This document shows, piece after piece, positions 6,365 through 14,367 of a DNA stretch of 38,101 nt; positions within the stretch are counted from its first letter, which is position 1; every line of letters begins with the position of its first letter. The notes under the pieces are model-generated. The model made no database searches. It saw nothing but the letters and a program-made list of their open reading frames with translations, and had not been told where the DNA came from. The position numbers and the translations under genes are program-made. The DNA comes from a virus. The stretch spans positions 1-38,101 of IMG/VR virus record IMGVR_UViG_3300040801_000957. One strand, written 5' to 3'.

Positions 6365-7018
6365 ATGTCCTTAAAGCACATCGTTTACGCATTTGAAACA
6401 AAGCTAGACAATCCAATCAGAAAGCTTGTATTAGTCAAACTGGCAGATAACGCCAATGAAGATGGTGTATGTTGGCCATCAATTAATACCATCGCAAAGC
6501 ATTGTGAGTGTGGCCGTAGAACCGTCATTCGCCATATTCAATGGCTAGAAGAGAATGGGTTTCTGTCAGTAAAAAGAAAAAGAAGTGATAAAAACAAAAA
6601 CGAAGTGAATGTTTATGAGCTACACGAACAGACAATGAGAGCCAACACACTGCAAGAACAGGGTAGTGCCACTGTGGCACCACCTAGTGCCACTGTGACA
6701 CCACCCCCTAGTGCCACTGTGGCACCCAAATCTACCAATATAGAATCTCCCATTGAACCTAGTATATGGCAAGACTTTTTAGATATGCGCAAGTCGATTA
6801 AGAAACCGCTACTGAATGGTGCCATATCAAGAATGGACAAGAAGCTAACAAAAATGCACAACCAGGGGCACGATATTAACAAGTGCTTAGAGCAATCTAT
6901 AATCAACTCATGGCAAGACGTTTACCCACTAAAGGATATTAACAATGAAAAATCTAACTCAACTCAACCTAGACAGCTTAAGATCACAAGCACAGGACAC
7001 AACGACCTTGACTGGTAA
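6365..7018 (+). CDS. Replication initiator, lambda-O-like (N-terminal winged-HTH domain)
   Basis: KLVLVKLADNANEDGVCWPSINTIAKHCECGRRTVIRHIQWLEENGFLS is a typical initiator/HTH_36-type N-domain. A repeated proline-rich linker contains the DNA iterons. A lambda-P-like gene follows. Confidence 0.7.
   Translation: MSLKHIVYAFETKLDNPIRKLVLVKLADNANEDGVCWPSINTIAKHCECGRRTVIRHIQWLEENGFLSVKRKRSDKNKNEVNVYELHEQTMRANTLQEQGSATVAPPSATVTPPPSATVAPKSTNIESPIEPSIWQDFLDMRKSIKKPLLNGAISRMDKKLTKMHNQGHDINKCLEQSIINSWQDVYPLKDINNEKSNSTQPRQLKITSTGHNDLDW
6664..6726. repeat. Three direct repeats of tAGTGCCACTGTG(G/A)CACC (spacing 21 and 24 bp), each an internal palindrome: candidate origin iterons
   Basis: Copies lie at 6664..6681, 6685..6702 and 6709..6726. 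The core GTGCCAC-t-GTGGCAC has perfect 7-bp dyad arms in copies 1 and 3. Confidence 0.6.
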
Positions 7019-7376
7019 CCAACCAACCGACCAGGATAAGGCATTAATTAATCACCTGTTTAAACGACTAGAAGCCATCTTTCCGGCTTGGAAGCAGGCA
7101 TTCGCCAACCCTGAGAGCATCAGAGAGGCGAAGAGAGTATGGTTTGATGCTTTGATTGATAACAAGATAAATACGCCTGAGCAGATTGCTAGGGGCCTTA
7201 AAGAGGCCGTTAAGCAAACATCACCATTCTTGCCATCAGTGGGTCAATTTATTGAATGGTGCAAAGAGCCAGTTAAGGACCCTTCACATGAGCCGTTCTT
7301 GCTAGAAGACAAAGGCGAGCCTGCGACACCAGAGCGCGTTCAGGAGATGCTGAGAGAGGCGGGGTTAGTGAGGTGA
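6945..7376 (+). CDS. Lambda-P-like replication protein (N-terminal-domain homolog, 143 aa)
   Basis: LINHLFKRLEAIFPAW...IREAKRVWFDALIDNKINTPEQIARGLKEAVKQTSPFLPSVGQFIEWCKEP is colinear with lambda P as I recall it (IINGVFSQLLATFPAS...IRRQWVLAFRENGITTMEQVNAGMRVARRQNRPFLPSPGQFVAWCREE). SD AAAGGA lies 8 nt upstream of the ATG. Confidence 0.75.
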   Translation: MKNLTQLNLDSLRSQAQDTTTLTGNQPTDQDKALINHLFKRLEAIFPAWKQAFANPESIREAKRVWFDALIDNKINTPEQIARGLKEAVKQTSPFLPSVGQFIEWCKEPVKDPSHEPFLLEDKGEPATPERVQEMLREAGLVR

Positions 7377-7643
7377 CCCTTCATCCCGCTCTATTGATTT
7401 TAAGCAGTGACCTGGGTCCCGAAGGGCCCAGGATAAAAAGTCACACACCTTACAGGCTTTCTTGTTACCACGCGCCTCAAGCTTGCCTAGCACACTGGAT
7501 GTGTATTCATCCTCGTCACCAAACTTATCGGTATCAAAAAACCAATTTAAAAGTGGCCAGAGGAATACGTTAATAGACTGTGTAAGCCACCTAAGCACAC
7601 CTCTAACATATTTTCGAAGCCCTGCGGACAATTGCCTTTTCAT
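7365..7643 (-). CDS. Conserved small phage protein (92 aa) with a hydrophobic N-terminal segment; last gene of the minus-strand operon
   Basis: ATGA coupling to the upstream gene. The pattern ...GDEDEYTSSVLGKLEARG...CKVCDFLSW...DPGHCLKSIE resembles a widespread phage family of unknown function (from memory). Confidence 0.65.
   Translation of the reverse strand: MKRQLSAGLRKYVRGVLRWLTQSINVFLWPLLNWFFDTDKFGDEDEYTSSVLGKLEARGNKKACKVCDFLSWALRDPGHCLKSIERDEGSPH
7411..7432 (-). promoter_or_regulatory. cUUCGg tetraloop hairpin (CCUGGGCCC-UUCG-GGACCCAGG) inside the coding sequence
   Basis: 9-bp stem with one G-U pair. It is located in the 3' part of 7365..7643 and 35 nt past the plus-strand stop at 7376. 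Confidence 0.45.
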
Positions 7644-7978
7644 AACTGGGTGTGGCCTCCAATTTCTTTGTAGATCTCTGTAAGCAATCGGTTCCCTTCC
7701 TGTTGAGCCTGTTTGATTTCGAGCAAATCTTCGCTCAAGTTATTAATTCGTATGTCACGGTTCTCGAACATTTGCTCTACCGTCGCTCGGTGAATTCGAT
7801 CATCAGTCAACACCTGAATCTGCGTAGCTAGTGACTCAAATCGCGTATCCGCTTTTTCAAACTCCGCATTGATCTCAGCGTCCCTTACTCCATAAGAGTA
7901 AATAAACTGAAGAGCCACAATAGCCAGGGTTGCCAAACTAATAATGTTGGTGTTCTTGCTTACTTCCATAGCAGGCAT
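7640..7978 (-). CDS. N-terminally membrane-anchored coiled-coil protein (112 aa)
   Basis: TM-like segment IISLATLAIVALQFIY followed by heptad-like sequence. SD AAGGAAG upstream. Architecture and N-terminus (MPAMEVSK...) resemble 25185..25493 (MIMEVMK...). Confidence 0.7.
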   Translation of the reverse strand: MPAMEVSKNTNIISLATLAIVALQFIYSYGVRDAEINAEFEKADTRFESLATQIQVLTDDRIHRATVEQMFENRDIRINNLSEDLLEIKQAQQEGNRLLTEIYKEIGGHTQL

Positions 7979-7998
7979 ATTATTACTTCCTTATTTTG

Positions 7999-8445
7999 TC
8001 AAGAATCCACAACCACAGCCGTGTTATCCACGAATTGAGTGTTTGCCCAGAGCCATTCAAATTTCTCTGTGTTTGTTCCGTTTTCTGGAAACCCAGTCAT
8101 GTCCACGACACCTGCCTCCTGTATAAATAAGTTTACACGGCCTAAGAAAGCATCCCAATGCGCCCTGACGTCACCGTTATAGTCTCGGTCAGTCAGGAAC
8201 GGGTTGGCATTCAGAGTCACAAACCGCTCACTGTTTTTAGCAATGTCTCCGCTACGCCACGATGTGCCATCAAACACCAACTCGACCAAACTAAACTGAT
8301 AAGCATCATCATCTGTGTCTTCGTCTTTCTGGAATCCGTCAGCGGTTTCTTGATAGCGAATGCAATATATTTTATTGCCTAATTTTATTTGAGCGCCATA
8401 GTTATAGTCGCCCGAATCTACAATTGGGACGGGGATACTAGTCAT
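7999..8445 (-). CDS. Hypothetical protein (148 aa from ATG 8445)
   Basis: SD GGAGG precedes ATG 8445, and there is an 8-nt overlap with the upstream stop. The track ORF extends to 8499. Confidence 0.65.
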   Translation of the reverse strand: MTSIPVPIVDSGDYNYGAQIKLGNKIYCIRYQETADGFQKDEDTDDDAYQFSLVELVFDGTSWRSGDIAKNSERFVTLNANPFLTDRDYNGDVRAHWDAFLGRVNLFIQEAGVVDMTGFPENGTNTEKFEWLWANTQFVDNTAVVVDS

Positions 8446-8860
8446 ATCTTTCTGCCTCCGTACCAGGCTCAAGCAATTCAGCCTTGCGACCTGGATCAAG
8501 TAAGTTTATGTAAATAAGGTAATCCAATCCGTCATTCAAAGATGGCTCGGTTACATCAATGTATGTAGCTAAGACAAATTGCTCATAGAAATAATCGACC
8601 ACTGGGTCTGTTGGTGCAGCGGCTTTGACTGCTGCCCATTCAGCCACAGTAAACCGGCTCATGAAGGAGCGTTTTGCAAGCCTAGTGTAAATATTGCCTG
8701 ATGGCTCAAGAGGCGGCGAGTAAGTGCCATCACCGTTATCGGTCCACCCTATGCCGCAGTCAGTATTTGTAACATCGACATAATCTGGGAAGTCAGCAGG
8801 GTCATCTGCCAGAATCAAATTAGTGACGATTGAATCTTTAATTATTGCTAAACGTGCCAT
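8438..8860 (-). CDS. Hypothetical protein (140 aa) of a type often found next to tail-fiber genes
   Basis: The N-terminus MARLAIIKDSIVTNLILADD...W...PP is a recurrent phage motif (from memory). Position is downstream of the fiber genes. Confidence 0.65.
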   Translation of the reverse strand: MARLAIIKDSIVTNLILADDPADFPDYVDVTNTDCGIGWTDNGDGTYSPPLEPSGNIYTRLAKRSFMSRFTVAEWAAVKAAAPTDPVVDYFYEQFVLATYIDVTEPSLNDGLDYLIYINLLDPGRKAELLEPGTEAERYD

Positions 8861-8870
8861 GCATCACCTC

Positions 8871-9686
8871 TTAAATTGATTGAAATATACGAACATAACC
8901 TGGCGCACCATCACCACCTGCGCCGCCAGAAGAAGGTAATGCAGCGTTTCGACCACCACCGCCACCGCCTGCACCATAACTTGTCCCTGGCGCGTCACTC
9001 CCAGGGTTGTTTGCCGATGCCGCACCGTCACCACCGTCACCACCTGGGCCAAACATGGATGAACCACCGCCACCACCACCACCCCAGGTCACTGGAGAGC
9101 TAAAGTAACTCGCGCCACCTGCTGCCGGTGTAAATGTGAGACTGTATGGAGCAAAATAACCAAAGAAAAGTTCGTTTTGAATTGTTGGTGGTTGCGCGTT
9201 AGACGGGTCTGCTGCGCTGACATCTGCCGCGCCTGGCTGCCCTGGCAAGACCAGGCTCCACAGTTTGTTGACTGCTGCAAAATTCACATTGCCGTTTCCG
9301 CCGCCTGCGCTTATAGCAATAGGTTGGTCTAAGTCCCCGTTAAGAAACACCTCGCTATTGCCGCCAAGACCGCCACTAACCGAGCTAGAGACACTTATTG
9401 TTGCCCCTGCGCCTGCTGCGCCTACATTGATGTCTAATGTGTCTGTCGCTTTAAGGTAAGCAAGCACAGTCACTGTGGTTGCTGCTGTCCCTCCTTGCCC
9501 TGCGTCCCTGGTGTCACCAGACGATGAGTTCCCTGGGTTATATCCCCCTTGTCCGCCACCTGTAACCTCAACAAGATATAAGCCGTTTTTAGGTATCGAA
9601 TATGAGCCATTAGACGATGTAAACGCCTGCAAAAGCTCAAAACCCTTTACGCCGCCGCTATTTAAAAAATCTGATAATTCAGCCAT
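8871..9686 (-). CDS. Glycine-rich-domain protein (271 aa), tail-fiber associated
   Basis: SYSIPKNGLYLVEVTGGGQGG... followed by multiple GGGGGG runs matches the phage glycine-rich domain layout (YxVPxGVxxVxVxxxGGGGGG, from memory). It is adjacent to a fiber gene. Confidence 0.65.
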   Translation of the reverse strand: MAELSDFLNSGGVKGFELLQAFTSSNGSYSIPKNGLYLVEVTGGGQGGYNPGNSSSGDTRDAGQGGTAATTVTVLAYLKATDTLDINVGAAGAGATISVSSSVSGGLGGNSEVFLNGDLDQPIAISAGGGNGNVNFAAVNKLWSLVLPGQPGAADVSAADPSNAQPPTIQNELFFGYFAPYSLTFTPAAGGASYFSSPVTWGGGGGGGSSMFGPGGDGGDGAASANNPGSDAPGTSYGAGGGGGGRNAALPSSGGAGGDGAPGYVRIFQSI

Positions 9687-9698
9687 AGTATTATTTTC

Positions 9699-11030
9699 CT
9701 ATAAAATATTTACTGTCCAAGCACCTGCTGTCCTGTACAAGATTATGCTCATGTTGGTGTTGATTGTGTGGCTCGCCGCGCTAGTACCATCAGGTAAGGC
9801 TATATTACCATCACCTGACGCAATAGTCAGAGTGCCAGAGTCACGAAGCTTTGAAATAATCACCACATCATTGCTCGCAATATAAGACGTACCCAGAGTA
9901 ATTGTGTAGTCTGTGGTCCCAGAGTCTTCATGATAAGTCATGTTGCCATTTCGATTCAGGGTTGTTGCGCCACTACCCCTGGTGACATTATTTAAGTCGG
10001 CCTGGCCTGTGACATCAAGTGATGCATTCATCACCACCGGATCAAACAAGGTTGTTGCGCCATTGCCAAACCTGGCTCTGTTTGCGCCGGCAACATTGAC
10101 ATCAATACGCGCCGCCGCATCGGTATCCGTGTTAGTAATTACTGAGATACCGTCATTAGTTGAAACCAGTGAAAAGTTTCTGTTCGCTGTGTCGGCTACA
10201 TTCCTAACCTGCTGATCAAAACTAACAGAGGACGCCGCTATCGAGGACGGGTTTCTCTGGACCATCGCGTAGCCGCCGCCGTCCACTGTCTTAACCCACG
10301 TATGGTCACCAGACCACGCATAGTTGTCAGACAGAAGGAATGACGCACTACCCAGGCCAGATACAGTCGCACCTGTAAAGTCTTGCCCGCCCGTCCAGAC
10401 ATAGTCGTCAGTCATATCCAACACAGAAGCATTAACACCAATTAGCGAGCCAACGCGAATAGCGGGCTGCCAGTTCGTACCATTATCTGATGTGGGGTTG
10501 TTGGCCGTGTTGGCATTAATCATCGACTTGAACAACTCGCCTTCCGGGTTTTGAACTATGTCGCCACTGGCGTAGGTTTCTGAGCTATTCCAGGTTTTTA
10601 TAAATCGCACCTGAGTCCAGAATGCCGGGCTCGGTGTGGTTGGGTCCTTGCCTTGATTGTTGTCTTGCAGCGACTGGTAATATTCGCCGTCACTGCCAAG
10701 GACCAGTTGCCCCTTGGTGTAAGTAATGGTGCCTACGTAGTTTTCTAGTTCGCCGGCAATATTATCCTGGCCAATCGGGTCGCGCTCCCAGATCAGGTTG
10801 TCATTAGCATCAGTCAATCTGACTTTCGCGGTACCGGTAAAGTAGCAGTTAGGCAATCGACCGTCAGCAGTCAGGACCAATGGCTGTGTGTTTGGTATGC
10901 TCTCAAACTGATCAGCATACGTGGTCAGGTCAGTTGTGGTTCCTGTGCGATAAAAGTAGAGTTTACCGCCTGCCAGGACATCACCTGCGTCATCAAAAAA
11001 CTGGGTTACTGGGTCTACGTACCTGGTCAT
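9699..11030 (-). CDS. Tail fiber / tailspike-like protein (443 aa)
   Basis: The N-terminus FFDDAGDVLAGGKLYFYRTGTTTDLTTYADQ...NTQPLVLTADGRLP matches the conserved fiber/tailspike anchor motif (GGKLYFYxAGT...TY...NPxxLDxxGR, from memory). The C-terminal module is shared with 17389..18690. Confidence 0.7.
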   Translation of the reverse strand: MTRYVDPVTQFFDDAGDVLAGGKLYFYRTGTTTDLTTYADQFESIPNTQPLVLTADGRLPNCYFTGTAKVRLTDANDNLIWERDPIGQDNIAGELENYVGTITYTKGQLVLGSDGEYYQSLQDNNQGKDPTTPSPAFWTQVRFIKTWNSSETYASGDIVQNPEGELFKSMINANTANNPTSDNGTNWQPAIRVGSLIGVNASVLDMTDDYVWTGGQDFTGATVSGLGSASFLLSDNYAWSGDHTWVKTVDGGGYAMVQRNPSSIAASSVSFDQQVRNVADTANRNFSLVSTNDGISVITNTDTDAAARIDVNVAGANRARFGNGATTLFDPVVMNASLDVTGQADLNNVTRGSGATTLNRNGNMTYHEDSGTTDYTITLGTSYIASNDVVIISKLRDSGTLTIASGDGNIALPDGTSAASHTINTNMSIILYRTAGAWTVNIL

Positions 11031-13024
11031 CGGTTAGTTTCCTCTATAAATTCTCTGAATAATTTCAAAGCCTCAAGTCGCTCGTTCTTATCGGTTGAGT
11101 TCATTTTATTCCAGATGTTGGATAGCTTTTCATCGCCGTAGTTTTTCACCCTTTCTATAAAGCCCTGCGTTGATTTTATGTTGGCTCGCTCCATTAGGTT
11201 TTCCAGGTTGCGCTTGCCGCCGACCGCAAAAATAAACTCCAGGTCATCCACAAACGCCGCCTGGGCCACCAGGTTCATCTGTCGGTTTCCGCCTAGCTGA
11301 CCATATAGCTGCATCATTTCAGATAGGGCCTGCTCCATTTCAGCACGACTGTTGTAGTTGCTGAATATCTTTCTGGCGTTCTGGCCAAGGTGTTTTGATA
11401 ATGCGCTGACATCGTCACTCATAAAATCAATGTCATCCAGTTCGATTTCCTGATCATCTAGTGTCTTGACCTGGCGCTTGCCCATCGTGCGCTCAAACTT
11501 TTCCTGCATGGCTTTAAACGCAGCATACTGGTCGTTCATGTCAGCATACTCTGGGTTAACCTGGCGAAGTTTACCATTAATAGCGCCAGAGAAACCTTTG
11601 ATTGCTTCATTAATTGAATTGGCCACATCACCTTTGATTACGTTGGTTTTGTCCCAATTGGCTTTGTCTTGCATCCATCGCTTTAGCTTATGGGCCTCCA
11701 GGGCATCAAACGTGCCCCTGTCAAAGGTTCGCATCCTATCGATCAGGTTAAGTATGGCCTCTTTACTGGCCGGCGTCATACCAATTGATTCTTGCAGCCA
11801 AGCTGTTTCTGGGTCGTCCGCCCATCGAGCCAGGCTGAATATGCCCTGCTCTTCCAAGCCATTAAAAAACGACCTGACATCATCACGTATATCAACAGGC
11901 TGCCCTTTCAAGACACCATTGGCGTATTGGTTTATTTCATCGCCTACCTTACGGATCTCTTTGTTAACATGGTTCCATGCCTCAAAAATATTTCTACCTA
12001 GAACATCAGATGGTCTGGCTGTTACGTCACCTAACCTGATCCGCTTCTCTGTGCGGTCCAACATGTCAGTAAACGCTTTTCGGTCAGTAAACACTGGCTT
12101 AGGTGCCGGCAATGCGCCCTGAGTTTGTCTCATATCTTGCAGCGCCCGCCTGCCCTGCTGTTCATCAATCAAGGCGCCCTTAATCTGTCTCAGCGAATCC
12201 TCGCTGCTGTGGTTTTCCAATAGGTTGTTGTACCTGGAGTCGCGCACCACCTGCGGGCCAATTAACGGATATTCCTGGAGTCTAAACGGCATGTCCTCAA
12301 TATCTTTGGAGCCTGCCATCAGAGCCTGCTTGCGTTGTCGCATAGGTGTATCCAAGGCCCTTAGATTGGCGCCGCCGGACCCCAAGGTCAGAACAGACTC
12401 AACCACAGGACCAATAAGGCCGCTTTGCTCTGGCGACATACCTAACTCTTCCTCTGCGGCCCTACGAACGCCGCCCTGATAAACCCCTTGGTTTCGTATT
12501 GATTCGCCGTAAGAATCTGCCCCTGCTAATTCAGCGCCACGGGCGACCCCTTCACGACCATAGTCTGAGACAGTTTGTATGCCCTCTGCCATGCTGCGCT
12601 CAATGTCACCCTTAACTTGTTGGGATCTTTGTTCGTCACCAAACATGCCAGGCATAGTAAACTGGCCTAGAACGCTAGATAGCGCCCTACCGTATTCATC
12701 TACCTTGTTGCCAACAGAATCCATGTAAAGGGAAGCCTGCTGCGGGTCCATCATTTCCGTATTCTCGTTAAACATGCTGCCAACACCTAATACGCCCTGA
12801 GCGCCAAGAGTCGAAAGGCCCTTAATAGGAATAGACGCCATCTTTGCCATCATTTCCGTTGAAAACTCTGATGTGCCTCTGGCCTTATCAAAGATGTTGG
12901 CCTCAACCTCTGGGGCCTGCTTTGTTTGTATGCTCTCAAGCAGCTTAGTTAGTTCATCAACAGAACGCTGATCGCCGGCCATTGCTGCCTGCTGAATTGC
13001 TTGTAGGATCTCTTCTTCGGTCAC
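11027..13024 (-). CDS. Large virion-associated protein (665 aa), putative ejection/internal protein
   Basis: Long ORF with 4-nt and 1-nt coupling to its neighbours. It occupies the slot held by ejection proteins in P22-type gene order. No catalytic motif seen. Confidence 0.45.
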   Translation of the reverse strand: MTEEEILQAIQQAAMAGDQRSVDELTKLLESIQTKQAPEVEANIFDKARGTSEFSTEMMAKMASIPIKGLSTLGAQGVLGVGSMFNENTEMMDPQQASLYMDSVGNKVDEYGRALSSVLGQFTMPGMFGDEQRSQQVKGDIERSMAEGIQTVSDYGREGVARGAELAGADSYGESIRNQGVYQGGVRRAAEEELGMSPEQSGLIGPVVESVLTLGSGGANLRALDTPMRQRKQALMAGSKDIEDMPFRLQEYPLIGPQVVRDSRYNNLLENHSSEDSLRQIKGALIDEQQGRRALQDMRQTQGALPAPKPVFTDRKAFTDMLDRTEKRIRLGDVTARPSDVLGRNIFEAWNHVNKEIRKVGDEINQYANGVLKGQPVDIRDDVRSFFNGLEEQGIFSLARWADDPETAWLQESIGMTPASKEAILNLIDRMRTFDRGTFDALEAHKLKRWMQDKANWDKTNVIKGDVANSINEAIKGFSGAINGKLRQVNPEYADMNDQYAAFKAMQEKFERTMGKRQVKTLDDQEIELDDIDFMSDDVSALSKHLGQNARKIFSNYNSRAEMEQALSEMMQLYGQLGGNRQMNLVAQAAFVDDLEFIFAVGGKRNLENLMERANIKSTQGFIERVKNYGDEKLSNIWNKMNSTDKNERLEALKLFREFIEETNR

Positions 13025-14367
13025 TACCTTGCCCCTTGTTGCGCCTTCAGTTTAGGGTATTCATCGCGCCACCACTTAGCCAGTTCCATGCCAGACAGTC
13101 CTGGTGGTGGGGCTATCTCTGCGCCCTGTTGCTGTTGTTGCTTTGGTCCCGCTATGCCAAGAGCAGCCATATCTGCTGAGTCAATGCCATAGCGAGTAAA
13201 GTCATAGTCGACTGCCGCAGATGGTGGATTTTTCTCAGTAAACTCAACATAAAACTCGCTTGATGGGTCGCCAAACTCTTCAGTCAAGCCGCCCTGTCTC
13301 AGGAATTTCTGATAACGATATGCTTCATCAAGCAGTCTCTTGTTGGCCTGGGCCTTTGCTCTGAAATACTCCCTTGCCGCTGATTCGCTTTCAAACTCAG
13401 GGACCGCGACCGCCAGAGCTAGTTTCAATTCGCCCTCAGACAGCGCACCAAAGGTTGTGCTGCCAACCACGCCAAGACCCAAGTTGCCAATCATGCTTTG
13501 CAGTTTTGCTGTGGCAGGGTTGACGTATTTATCTGCCCATGAGCCCCAACCAATAGAGGCGCCTTCATCCAGATATTTTATTGCATTGCCTAGCTTTCTG
13601 TTCTCGCTCTGCATCGCCTTAATTGTGGCTGTGTTATCTTTAATCAGACCCTGGTTTTCAGTCATGATGTTTTTGCGCGACTCTGTCTTGATCTCGTTTT
13701 CTTGCTTAAGCGCCAGTTCTTGTTCTGGGTTTAACACTCCCTCACCACCCTCAACATCCTGGAAGTAAGTTCGATTATCCCTAGTGTCAAACATGGCTTG
13801 TTGAAGAACCCAGTCGCCCTTTTCATTCTTGCGCCAGGTTGGGCTGCCAATTCGCTGTACACCGCGACCGCCAGACGGGTCCTTCATTTTTGACATGGCC
13901 GTCAAAAGTTTACGGGTCTGGTCGTACTTGCCGTTGATTGGGTCACCTTCTTTTTCAGCCTGAGACATTTCATCACGCATAGTCGCCAGAATCATGCCTG
14001 TCTGATCAGCATTGGAGCCTGGCAAGTCCTGAAGAGCCTGGTACCGACTGGCATAGATTTCTGCCGCCAGGTCTGGCCTTCCCATATCCAGGTAAGTCAA
14101 TCCCTGCCTGGCATCCATCACCAGGGCGTCCATGCGGGCGTCATCTAACTTGTCTAGCTCACCAAGAGTATCATTGGAGTAGATAGCAATCTGCCTGGCT
14201 TCAGGTGACCACAAGCCCTTGCCGCTCCTGGCCATTTCATCCTGGAGCCTGCGTATCTCGCGCATCTGCTCAAGCTTCATTTTGTTTTCTTGGTTACGCT
14301 GCGCTTTGTAATTCATCTGATTAAAATCAGGGTGTTTAAATGGCTGCATATTTAACCTCCCCACCAT
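13024..14367 (-). CDS. Virion-associated protein (447 aa), putative ejection/internal protein
   Basis: Long coupled ORF in the same slot. A QQQQQ run lies near the C-terminus. Confidence 0.45.
   Translation of the reverse strand: MVGRLNMQPFKHPDFNQMNYKAQRNQENKMKLEQMREIRRLQDEMARSGKGLWSPEARQIAIYSNDTLGELDKLDDARMDALVMDARQGLTYLDMGRPDLAAEIYASRYQALQDLPGSNADQTGMILATMRDEMSQAEKEGDPINGKYDQTRKLLTAMSKMKDPSGGRGVQRIGSPTWRKNEKGDWVLQQAMFDTRDNRTYFQDVEGGEGVLNPEQELALKQENEIKTESRKNIMTENQGLIKDNTATIKAMQSENRKLGNAIKYLDEGASIGWGSWADKYVNPATAKLQSMIGNLGLGVVGSTTFGALSEGELKLALAVAVPEFESESAAREYFRAKAQANKRLLDEAYRYQKFLRQGGLTEEFGDPSSEFYVEFTEKNPPSAAVDYDFTRYGIDSADMAALGIAGPKQQQQQGAEIAPPPGLSGMELAKWWRDEYPKLKAQQGAR

Noticed and set aside
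7411-7432. Bidirectional intrinsic terminator between the convergent operons
   Set aside because: The stem is strong, but neither strand has a U-tract after it, and it lies inside the coding sequence of 7365..7643. It is kept only as a UUCG-hairpin observation.
8876-9103. His-rich 75-aa plus-strand ORF (HHHHLRRQ...HRHHRHH...HHHH)
   Set aside because: It is the reverse complement of GGT/GGC glycine runs in the glycine-rich-domain gene 8871..9686, so it is a compositional artefact.
11466-12122. 218-aa plus-strand ORF inside the 665-aa gene, and similar long antisense ORFs at 13340..13768, 14563..14982, 9475..9885 and 28281..28769
   Set aside because: They have the S/L/R/P-rich composition typical of antisense frames and no SD or coupling. 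They lie entirely within, or run across, well-supported minus-strand genes.
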